Assembly (NCBI GenBank): GCA_963752255.1
Contig: CAVVXT010000010.1
Location: 64,001-128,000 of the forward strand
Direction of reading: 5' to 3'
DNA length: 64,000 nt
Source: Nitrososphaeria archaeon
GTDB taxonomy: Archaea; Thermoproteota; Nitrososphaeria; JACIWG01
In this document: piece after piece, positions 20,247-29,062 of the stretch
Layout of the letters: every line of letters starts with the position of its first letter
Numbering within the stretch: position 1 is the stretch's first letter
The notes under the pieces: model-generated
The model's database searches: none
Seen by the model: the letters and a program-made list of their open reading frames with translations, nothing else
What the model was told of the DNA's origin: nothing
Translations under genes and position numbers: made by a program

Positions 20247-21200
20247 CTATTCGACAACTTTCAATTCTTCAGGTGTTAGAATATTCCTTAATCCCTTGTA
20301 CCTGTTTCTTATAGTGACTTCAGTGACTCCTGCTGCTTCTGCGACGTCTTTTTGAGTTTTATTTTCTCCTTCAAGCACGCATGATACATAAAGTGCCGCC
20401 GCAGCTAAACCCATTGGATCTTTTCCGGCAGAAGATAGGCTTTCCTTGGTTCTTTTAATAATATCAAGCGCTCTCCTCTTTGTCTTTTCAGACAATCCAG
20501 CTGCGCTTGCGATCCTTGATACGGTTTTTAGTGGATCGGCTACCGGCATCTTTTTCTCCAACTCTCTGACAAGTAAGCGATAACAACGTGCGATATCCTT
20601 CTTTTTGATGTTACTTGCTGCGCTGACATCTTTCAATGTACGCGGAGTCTCTGTTTCACGACATGCAGCGTAGAGGGAGGCTGCAATAAGAGCAGAAATT
20701 GAACGACCCCTAACAAGACCTTTATCAAGTGCCTGCCTATAAATGTAAGCTGCTCTTTCAACGACCGCATCGCCGACACTAAGTTTATCCGCTAACCTAT
20801 CGAGCTCACTGAATGCCTGCCTCAGGTTGCGATCGACAGGTTCGTGAACTTGGCTTCTACCGTCCCATGTTCGCAGCCTATCAAATGTTGTCTTCATCGC
20901 TGATGAAATGCTCTTGCCAGAAGCGTCCTTGTCAATCTGACTGATTATCGTCGATAAGCCCATGTCGTGCATGGCTAATGAAGATGGCACACCTGTCCTA
21001 CTACGGCTTTCTTTCTCTTCTTTAGAGAAAGCTCTCCATTCAGGACCAGCTTCTTCAATTTTCTCCTTTATTACGAAACCGCAGTGACTGCAGAATATTT
21101 CACCCCTCGCACTGTCCAGAATCAGTTTAGTACGATTACATCGTGGACATTTTTCTGTAAGATAAGTAAGGTTTCCCCCAGTAGATTTATCTTCACTCAT
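20247..21200 (-). CDS. tfb: transcription initiation factor IIB
   Basis: Zn ribbon CPRC...CSHCG, GPEWRAF, two cyclin repeats, VTEVTIRNRYK. Confidence 0.98.
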   Translation of the reverse strand: MSEDKSTGGNLTYLTEKCPRCNRTKLILDSARGEIFCSHCGFVIKEKIEEAGPEWRAFSKEEKESRSRTGVPSSLAMHDMGLSTIISQIDKDASGKSISSAMKTTFDRLRTWDGRSQVHEPVDRNLRQAFSELDRLADKLSVGDAVVERAAYIYRQALDKGLVRGRSISALIAASLYAACRETETPRTLKDVSAASNIKKKDIARCYRLLVRELEKKMPVADPLKTVSRIASAAGLSEKTKRRALDIIKRTKESLSSAGKDPMGLAAAALYVSCVLEGENKTQKDVAEAAGVTEVTIRNRYKGLRNILTPEELKVVE

Positions 21201-21312
21201 AACTTTTCACCAAAATTTATATACAACAATACGCTAAAATAGATGGTATATATACTTTTCTTTAATTATGATTGAATAAAACTTTTTTTGTCGCACAATT
21301 CTTACTTAAAAT

Positions 21313-22335
21313 GTGAGAGGTATGTTAGAGGACATAAGGGATTATGTCATTACCAATTTTGCAGAAAACCCTTCCATTCTAGTGGGATGTAAGATTGAAA
21401 AATGGAGTTGGCCAGTCTGTGGATATGATGTCATAGTCTTCACGAACAACGTAAAAAATTATTATTTAGGGACTGTGTCAGAGGATATTTTAAATATATA
21501 CTGTCACTCACTAGAGGAAATTGATAGCAAGAAGAACCAAGAACTTGATATAATATTATCAAATGCGGTAATAATAAACGACCCGAACCTGTCAGTGGCG
21601 GCATACAAGGAAAAGCTCTTGAAAAGAAAGAGTGAATCATATTTGGAAGCTTTCGAAGAATACTTGCTGAAGCTTTTAAAAAATTTGACATATTCCGAGG
21701 AGGCATACAACTTTGGGGCTTATGCTTCATCTGCTTTTTGGATTCTTACAGTCGGTTACGATGCAGCAGCAGCAATCAATCTTCTTAACAGAATCCTGAC
21801 TTCACCATCTCACCTAATGCAACAAGTTCGTGAAAACCCCCTTTTTAAGGGGACAAATTTCTTCGTCGACATAGCTGGATTTCTTGGGTTAGAACACGCT
21901 ACAACCGCTTCATCAAAAAGAGTGTTCTCGGTTCTTGAAACCTTTAAGAAGCTTGCCGATTTTTATAAGTTCGAAGAGCTTCCACCAACAGAATTTCCTA
22001 GAACAAAAATACTCTTATCAAATATTAGAATGGAAGAAGTATCACGCAAGTGCGATTTCGCAAATTCACAGAACATGCCGCTTAATGCGTATGTAGCTTC
22101 TATAAAATGGTTCATTGACTCTACTGTCGAATTATACCTGATGATCTGTTCAATGGAGAACACTTCACAGTTTAAACCAAGGATCATTGAAGAACTTGAA
22201 AAAAGGAGAAACGTAATGGGGGGAGGTGTGAGCATCTCTAATCCAATATTATTGGACATGAACCCTTCCATATTGAGAAAAAAAATTGATGATGCGAAGA
22301 GGATACTTTATTGGCTAAGGAGAAACAAAATTTAG
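21313..22335 (+). CDS. hypothetical protein, possibly nucleotidyltransferase-like N-domain plus helical C-domain
   Basis: Long ORF; GC...CGYDVIVF resembles a degenerate Pol-beta G[S]..DxD motif. Confidence 0.5.
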   Translation: MRGMLEDIRDYVITNFAENPSILVGCKIEKWSWPVCGYDVIVFTNNVKNYYLGTVSEDILNIYCHSLEEIDSKKNQELDIILSNAVIINDPNLSVAAYKEKLLKRKSESYLEAFEEYLLKLLKNLTYSEEAYNFGAYASSAFWILTVGYDAAAAINLLNRILTSPSHLMQQVRENPLFKGTNFFVDIAGFLGLEHATTASSKRVFSVLETFKKLADFYKFEELPPTEFPRTKILLSNIRMEEVSRKCDFANSQNMPLNAYVASIKWFIDSTVELYLMICSMENTSQFKPRIIEELEKRRNVMGGGVSISNPILLDMNPSILRKKIDDAKRILYWLRRNKI

Positions 22336-22817
22336 AACTTGTAACCTATTTTTCTTAGAAATTCTTTTCTCTCTTTTCTATCCTCCTCAGATTCGATGCC
22401 AAGCGGAGTGAAGCCATCAATAACACCCAAAATGCCCCGACCCTGGTCTGTTTCAGCGACTATTACCTGTAGGTTGTTTGCGGTGGCAGCAAAAATACTG
22501 CACACTTCATAGACGTTCTTTATTTTTTCTAGTACATTGATAGGATAAGCGTTCTTAAGATAAATTATAAATGTATGTCCGCAAGATAGTTCTAAAGCAT
22601 TTTTACTAGCTAAAGCTAAAAGATTTTCATCGTTTCCTTCACACCTGATTAATCTCTTACCTGAAGCCTCGCAAAAGGCTAGCGCAAACCTAATATCAGG
22701 AACACTGTTGATTAGAGCTTCGTAAATATCCTCGACCGATTTTATAAAATGCGTAGCGCCCAAAATTACGTTTAAACCTTCAGGAACATCTATTCTCACA
22801 ACTTTTAATTCCATCAT
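22332..22817 (-). CDS. adenosine-specific kinase family protein (DUF355)
   Basis: [43 protein letters not shown]. Confidence 0.9.
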   Translation of the reverse strand: MMELKVVRIDVPEGLNVILGATHFIKSVEDIYEALINSVPDIRFALAFCEASGKRLIRCEGNDENLLALASKNALELSCGHTFIIYLKNAYPINVLEKIKNVYEVCSIFAATANNLQVIVAETDQGRGILGVIDGFTPLGIESEEDRKERKEFLRKIGYKF

Positions 22818-23025
22818 TCCAATTTATGGAGAAATTAAAGAAATAAGTCTTTTGCTTCAGTGACTTATTAATCGTAAATTAACATAGAGGGTATGTTGGA
22901 AATATTTTTTAATCTTAGATTAAATCACTTACCTAATAAAACATATTCGAAACAAAAATATGCTACATCGACATAATAATCCGAGGTACAATACATGCGT
23001 CGTTAAAGTCTGTGCCTTAAAAGTC

Positions 23026-23979
23026 TCATTTAAGAAAGGAATTTATGACGTTGATCCATGCTTGTGAAGTTATAATATTATTATATCCCCCACCTCCTAC
23101 AGCGAGGGGGCCATAACACTTTTTTTCTATAGACAGCTTTTTTAGAAAATCTGCGATATCAGCGTGAACTTTTGGCGTTAGGTTTAGATGGGTTAGAGGG
23201 TCACCTTTTAAGGAGTCGCCGCCGCACTGGAAAATGATGAATTCCGGGTTGATATTTGAAATGAAGTCTATTGCTTTTTCAAACTTGGAGTAGAAAACTT
23301 TGTCATCAGATCCCGCAGGTAAAACTATGTTTAACTTTGTCCCAAAGGCGGCTCCTTCACCTCTTTCCTCTTCTTTTCCAGTACCTGGATAGAGAGTGCG
23401 CCAATCTTCGTGTACATCAACTATCCAGACATTTTTATCCTCCAAGAATTCATAAAATATACCGTCCCCATGATGTGCATCAATATCGACATAGAGAAAA
23501 GATTCTATGAAGTACTTTTTGCGTAAATATTCAATAACAACGCCGACGTCGTTGAAGACGCAAAAACCGGCAGCTGAATCCCTCTTTGCATGATGCAGTC
23601 CCCCCATGGGGTTAAACGCTGTTCTAACTTCTTTTCTCATAATCAGTTCTGCACATTCGATTGTAGTTCCAACAACGTATTCTGCTGCATCAAAAACGCC
23701 TTTGTAGGCAGGCGTATCACCATAGTCTAGATAACCGTAGCCGTTGATAGAAGCTTTTCTGACATATTCGATATAATCTTTTGTATGGAAAAGTCCTATA
23801 ATATTCTCGTCAGCCATTACAGGTGCTACAAGCATGAGATCGTCCATTTTAGGACTGTCTTTGAACTCGTTATCGAACGTTCGATAGAAGACTCTTATCC
23901 TATTGAAGTTCATGGGATGGTCTATACCAAAAGAATATTGAAGTAGGGCATCACCGTACGCGACTCCAACTTTTCTCAT
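23026..23979 (-). CDS. histone deacetylase family / AcuC-like Zn-dependent deacetylase
   Basis: HP, GDTP, GGLHHA, GFCVFND, DIDAHHGDG, GD...DPL, GGGGY. Confidence 0.92.
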   Translation of the reverse strand: MRKVGVAYGDALLQYSFGIDHPMNFNRIRVFYRTFDNEFKDSPKMDDLMLVAPVMADENIIGLFHTKDYIEYVRKASINGYGYLDYGDTPAYKGVFDAAEYVVGTTIECAELIMRKEVRTAFNPMGGLHHAKRDSAAGFCVFNDVGVVIEYLRKKYFIESFLYVDIDAHHGDGIFYEFLEDKNVWIVDVHEDWRTLYPGTGKEEERGEGAAFGTKLNIVLPAGSDDKVFYSKFEKAIDFISNINPEFIIFQCGGDSLKGDPLTHLNLTPKVHADIADFLKKLSIEKKCYGPLAVGGGGYNNIITSQAWINVINSFLK

Positions 23980-24093
23980 GCATAAGTATATTGTTTAAAG
24001 GAATTTAAAAATTTTTATAGTATAATTTCTTGTAATAAAATATTGGAGATTTGTAAAAGAAAAAAAACAGAAGCGTGTTGGCGCTAGGTTAAT

Positions 24094-24726
24094 CTAACTG
24101 GATCCTTTATAGTTTAGTATTTTAACGATTTTTTCCCCGTCCTCAAAGTTCGTTAACCGCATGAATGAATATAGTTCTGGATCAGAAGTTTTGAGTTCAT
24201 TTTCCACAGAAAGATAAAGGATATCATTAAACAAGTCTATAAAATCGGATGAATAATCGTTAAACATTTTAATCTTTAAAACCTCCTTCAAAGCCAAAGT
24301 CTTAAATGATACCAGAAATTGATCAACACTTTTATCATTCCATCTAGGGATCGCGCATTCAAAATTGCCTATGTTATAGCCAATTGTATAGAGAACGCTC
24401 GGTTTAAGCAGAGGTCTGTCTCCACTGACGATGAAGATTATAGGGGTATCGACATATTCCAAAGATGTACCAAGTATTTCTAAGAAAGGCTTATCCTTGT
24501 TCAATATTATACGTGCACCAAAAGAATCAATTCTTTCTAAAAGCTCGAAAGGGGGATCAATAGATGATATAACAAGTGTGCTGTCGAATACCGTCCAGAG
24601 AGCGTCTAACATGTACTCAAGCACCGATGAATCCGAGGTTGTACTGTAGAAGCGATTGGGCAAAGGCAAATATGTTAATTCGTTAGCTATGATTATACTT
24701 GTTACTTTAGATACATTTGTACTCAA
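24094..24726 (-). CDS. divergent MobA-like NTP transferase
   Basis: Retains IVSGDRP, AIPRW and DPELYSF segments; lacks the N-terminal LAGGxSxRxG motif. Confidence 0.6.
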   Translation of the reverse strand: MSTNVSKVTSIIIANELTYLPLPNRFYSTTSDSSVLEYMLDALWTVFDSTLVISSIDPPFELLERIDSFGARIILNKDKPFLEILGTSLEYVDTPIIFIVSGDRPLLKPSVLYTIGYNIGNFECAIPRWNDKSVDQFLVSFKTLALKEVLKIKMFNDYSSDFIDLFNDILYLSVENELKTSDPELYSFMRLTNFEDGEKIVKILNYKGSS

Positions 24727-24778
24727 GAAATCACTTAGCAGACCACAATAATATTTCTAATATTATTAAGCTTTACTT

Positions 24779-25579
24779 CTAATCGTTAAACCCGAACTTT
24801 AGTACATCACCTTCTCTAATATGAAAATATTTTGACGCATTGCCTGCACTTATAGATATTTCTAAGCATTCAAAACTATCAAATAATGCAAGTGGAGCGC
24901 CTTCATCGACCTTTGAATAAGATTCCATAAGTGGCATTCTGTAAGATCTAGAACCAAAAAACAGTCTGACAGAATTTGCAATATCTAAGCGAGCTTCACC
25001 AAGGAAGGTATGAGTAACACTAGTAACAATATTACCAAAGGTATCGACAAAGGCCACTTCAGCTACGACAAAGTCTCCTTCAAAATACGGTTCGTGAAGG
25101 ACCAGAGGCTCTATGGAATTGGTTTTTGGACCCAAACTGGTGATTGGAAGACCCTTCGAGACATATCCTGCAACAGGAGCAAACACATTCCTCCCATTAA
25201 AAGTTTTGGATAAATTATTCAGCATATATCTCGAATTTTCTATAACAACGGCGCTATCGATTACATCTTCAGATATAGCGGGGGACATAAGACCGTTATC
25301 AGGACCAATAAAAAAATATTTACTTGTCTTTATCGCGATAGCCCTCCTATTAGAACCTACTCTGGGATCGACAACACACATAAATATAGAATCTTTGGGG
25401 AAAAACTTGTATGCCGATTTTAAGAGGAAAGCACCTTGCTTTACGTTCTGAGGAAATACATCATTCGAAAGGTCAACGATGGTTGCATCAGGGTTTTTTC
25501 CTAAGATAACGCCCTTCACTTCTCCGACATAAATGCTGTTGCCTCCAAAATCCGTGAGAAGAGTGATAATCCTTTTCAT
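24779..25579 (-). CDS. SAM hydroxide adenosyltransferase / halogenase family (DUF62)
   Basis: ITLLTDFG, VVDP.VG..RR, IGPDNG, TFxGR.VFAP, DTFGN. Confidence 0.9.
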   Translation of the reverse strand: MKRIITLLTDFGGNSIYVGEVKGVILGKNPDATIVDLSNDVFPQNVKQGAFLLKSAYKFFPKDSIFMCVVDPRVGSNRRAIAIKTSKYFFIGPDNGLMSPAISEDVIDSAVVIENSRYMLNNLSKTFNGRNVFAPVAGYVSKGLPITSLGPKTNSIEPLVLHEPYFEGDFVVAEVAFVDTFGNIVTSVTHTFLGEARLDIANSVRLFFGSRSYRMPLMESYSKVDEGAPLALFDSFECLEISISAGNASKYFHIREGDVLKFGFND

Positions 25580-25625
25580 TTAAGTTAGTTCTTTTACCTT
25601 ACTTATTAAAGGATTATGTGTCTTG

Positions 25626-26343
25626 TTAAGATAGCTTGTAATATACTCTTTTTCTTCCCTTACCTTTGTTTTCGACTTTTTCTATAGTTATACCTGCAAT
25701 CTCCTTGATGTCTGCTACGTGTGGACCACCGTCTGCTTGAACGTCAATGTCTGGAATTTCCACGATCCTTAACACATTAATGTTTGGTGGTGCACGCTGT
25801 GCAAGCTTTACTATCCCAGGAATCTTCAATGCTTCTTCACGCGATAGAAAATATATTTTTACTTTCGCACCCCTACTAATATCTTGGTTCGTCTCCCTTA
25901 CTGCTTCATCAAAAACCGATTTATCTGACGATTCTAGGTCTAAAGTCATCTTTTGCATGCTCGGTATCTATGTGCCCACCTGTTACGTACACACCATATT
26001 TTTTGAAAAGAATAGATGAAAGAATGTGAGCTGCAGTATGCAACTTCATAAGTTTATACCTTCTTTCCCAGTCAATTGATCCTGTTATATTATCGCCTAT
26101 TTTGATCTTTGGAACCTCTTCAATATTGTGTAAAACGTTTCCCGTCACTTTGTCTTCTGTTACTTGTACGATTCTATAGGTTTCAGATATTGTGCTAATA
26201 GAACCTAGGTCACAGTCTACACCACCTGTTAGAGGGTGGAATGCTGTTCTATCTAAAACAACTTTATTTTCTTGAACATTCAATACCTTTGCGTTAAACT
26301 CCTTAAGATAGCTGTCCTTCTGAAACAACAATTCTGTCAACAC
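25626..26343 (-). CDS. alaX: AlaX trans-editing protein (AlaXp); single frameshift at about 25942
   Basis: LDRTAFHP..GG..D.G, HTAAH, ADGGPH, ENKGK; the two ORFs join at DDF/DLESSDK. Confidence 0.88.
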
Positions 26344-26602
26344 TTTTCACTCCAAAAAGAAAAACAAGAACAAGATATAAACTTAGTTAGCTCTTTATAG
26401 CGTAACAATTTCATTTCGTTGACAACGCCAATTTTGCTGACTTCACAGTACATTAACAAAACCAACTTAGTTTTCGAATGAGATAATAAAGATTATGCAT
26501 TAGGGGGAGAATTGTGTTGGCATAAGTATTTGATGTAGTTTAGGGTATAGGAATAAATAAAAGAAAGATGGAGTTCATGTACATTTGATGATTTTAATTT
26601 TT

Positions 26603-27541
26603 TTACATCTTAGAAATATATTCGTCCGCTGAAATAGCAGCCTTAGCGCCGTCGCCTACGTTAATAGAAATTTGCCCCCACGGTCTGTCCCTATTGTGAA
26701 CTGCACAGTCGCCAGCGGCAAAAATCCCTTTGATGGATGTCATCATTTCTCCGTCGACTTTAATAAAACCTTGTTTGTCTTTTTCTACCTCGAACACGTC
26801 AGTACAAGGTGTCACCCCTATGTACACGAAAACACCGTTCACGTTCAGCGTCAACTGCTTCTCTGCATTCTTCCTGTTTAAGGTGAGGCTTTCGACTTTT
26901 TTTGAACCGTTCACTGAAATAACATCTGTAGACCAAAGAAATTTGATATTTTTGATCTGAAAAGCTTTCTTCTGTAACGCCTTCTCCGCTCTTAAACTAT
27001 CTCGTCTATGTATGACATAAACCTTCTTAACTAGACGTGAGAGATAAATAGCTTCTTTTATGGCCCTGTCGCCACCGCCTACAACCGCAACAGTACTACC
27101 TTTAAAAAATTGGGCGTCGCAAAGGGCACAGTAAGAAATTCCTTTGCCACTGAACTCTTGCCCACCTGGAACCATCAATTTTTTAGGTTCCGTTCCGGTA
27201 GCTATTATAACAGTTTTACCAGTGTATTCAACGCCATCTGTAACGACTATTTTACACTTCCCTTTATCGACTATCCGCTGAACTTCCTTTATTTCAATGG
27301 GAACATCGTATGCCTTAACATGGTCTACAAATTTTTGGGCAAGATCTTGGCCAGAAATTTTTTGGAACCCTGGATAATTTTCTACTATATCTGTAACAAC
27401 CACCTGCCCCCCAAGTCCAAGCTTATCTATTAGTATACAACTCTGCACACTTCGTGCCGCGTAAAGAGCGGCAACAAGCCCTGCCGGCCCTGCACCGATG
27501 ATTATAATATCAAATTTTCTTATCATCTTTTCTTCTAGCAT
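26603..27541 (-). CDS. trxB: thioredoxin-disulfide reductase
   Basis: GAGPAG, ENYPG, CALCD, GGGD.A, HRRD, GIFAAGD. Confidence 0.92.
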   Translation of the reverse strand: MLEEKMIRKFDIIIIGAGPAGLVAALYAARSVQSCILIDKLGLGGQVVVTDIVENYPGFQKISGQDLAQKFVDHVKAYDVPIEIKEVQRIVDKGKCKIVVTDGVEYTGKTVIIATGTEPKKLMVPGGQEFSGKGISYCALCDAQFFKGSTVAVVGGGDRAIKEAIYLSRLVKKVYVIHRRDSLRAEKALQKKAFQIKNIKFLWSTDVISVNGSKKVESLTLNRKNAEKQLTLNVNGVFVYIGVTPCTDVFEVEKDKQGFIKVDGEMMTSIKGIFAAGDCAVHNRDRPWGQISINVGDGAKAAISADEYISKM

Positions 27542-27563
27542 ACAACAATATTTGTTTGAATTA

Positions 27564-27875
27564 TCATTTAACTCTTTCCACTACGAAGAAAATTACAATA
27601 GAAATCAATATTCCACCTACGAAAAAAGTTGGTTGCGATAACATAAGTCCTCTAGCAATAACAATCTTCAGTAGATTATGCAATCTTTTTCGAATGATTC
27701 TACAAGTTTAACTAAGTTCATTAAATATCCTGTAGGGGTTAGATAAAGGTACTTCAAGAGTTTGCTTACATTATAGGGTCTTTGCGGTCCCCCCCAATGC
27801 AATCATAAAATGGAATCGCAATTTTCCACTTACAGCTTCAAAAATGTTTGTGAGATCCTCTTCCAAGTTCTCCAA
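27564..27875 (-). pseudogene. remnant of an ArsR-like HTH regulator followed by a membrane-protein C-terminal fragment
   Basis: MENLEEDLTNIFEAVSGKLRFHFMIAL / PYNVSKLLKYLYLTPTG.LMNLVKLVES, frameshifted at the C7 run 27789-27795, then TFFVGGILISIVIFFVVERVK*. Confidence 0.45.
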
Positions 27876-27968
27876 AGAGTGCCCTACCCAGAATTTATTA
27901 AGTATACAAATTTAAGCTTAGTGTAAACTTTAAGTTTATGCACCAAACTTAGAAAAGTAAAGAGATAG

Positions 27969-28736
27969 TTAACCCTGTAAACCTCTAATAATAAGACAAT
28001 CTTTCTCTGAAATCTTTGCAGAATCTGATGACACGTTATCACACATTCTTACTTGCGCGTTCCGAATAAGCACAAAAGGCACTCTTTCAGTTGTTTCACC
28101 CATCGCTAAATGAGCCATAGAAGCTAAATCATCAATAACGTTTATGAAAGTTATTTTTAATGACTTACCAAAAAGGTCTTTACTACCTCTACAGTCTATG
28201 ATAGGATCTATCCCCGCAGAACCTATGGCAATGCCGACGGTGCCTCGTCTCATAGGATTAACTCTACTGTCGACAATTATAACACCAACTTTTTTGCCGG
28301 TTTTTTTCTCCAATTTCTTCCTAATTTCGTTGGCTAAAGAATCTGGATCGTTTGGCCATAGAGCTGCTTTCCCTTCGGGTGCATTCTTATGATCCACTCC
28401 TGCATTTGCAATAAGGATACCATTCTTGACTGTGAGTATTGCCCTGAACACACCGCCATAAATCTTATCTGATTCGTCCAAAACTACCTGTACAAACCCC
28501 GGTTCAAGTCCATATTTCTTAGAAAGTCTTACTGCTTCATCGGACGACTTAACTCGCAAGTCAACTATTCTATCCTCCGAAACTGCTAGTACTTTATCTG
28601 CTATGGCAACAATGTCAGAGTCTCTTAGAACTAGACGCTTATTCTTTAATAATGACATTATTACATCTACAACGTTGTCTCCTCTGTTGATTAAAGGTGA
28701 CATAAGTGGGATTACTTCAATTATATTTGGAGCCAA
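27969..28736 (-). CDS. cofE: coenzyme F420-0:L-glutamate ligase
   Basis: IANAGVDHKN, PNDPD, IIVDS..PMRRG, DLFG..L, MGETTE. Confidence 0.88.
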   Translation of the reverse strand: MAPNIIEVIPLMSPLINRGDNVVDVIMSLLKNKRLVLRDSDIVAIADKVLAVSEDRIVDLRVKSSDEAVRLSKKYGLEPGFVQVVLDESDKIYGGVFRAILTVKNGILIANAGVDHKNAPEGKAALWPNDPDSLANEIRKKLEKKTGKKVGVIIVDSRVNPMRRGTVGIAIGSAGIDPIIDCRGSKDLFGKSLKITFINVIDDLASMAHLAMGETTERVPFVLIRNAQVRMCDNVSSDSAKISEKDCLIIRGLQG

Positions 28737-29062
28737 ATTCCTCTGCTCGTCCTTTCTGAAAGCTGTATAAAGATGTTTCCCCGAACACTCGTTTTACTTA
28801 AAGTAAATAGTTCTTATAAGATCTTGGAAAATACTGAAAAAACAGAAGGACGGTGATTACAAGGACATCTAATGGATCTTGTGATAACTAATTCCTCATA
28901 AAAGCGAACGAAATTTTAAAATTACCCATACTTACCAAATAAGATAGAAACAGATTTTCCGGACAGAAACCATTAAAAGCATTAAAAGTATATTTCATAT
29001 CATCTTACAACTCTAGTAAAATTCTTTAATAAGAACAAACATACTCAGTTGAGAAAAGCAGC

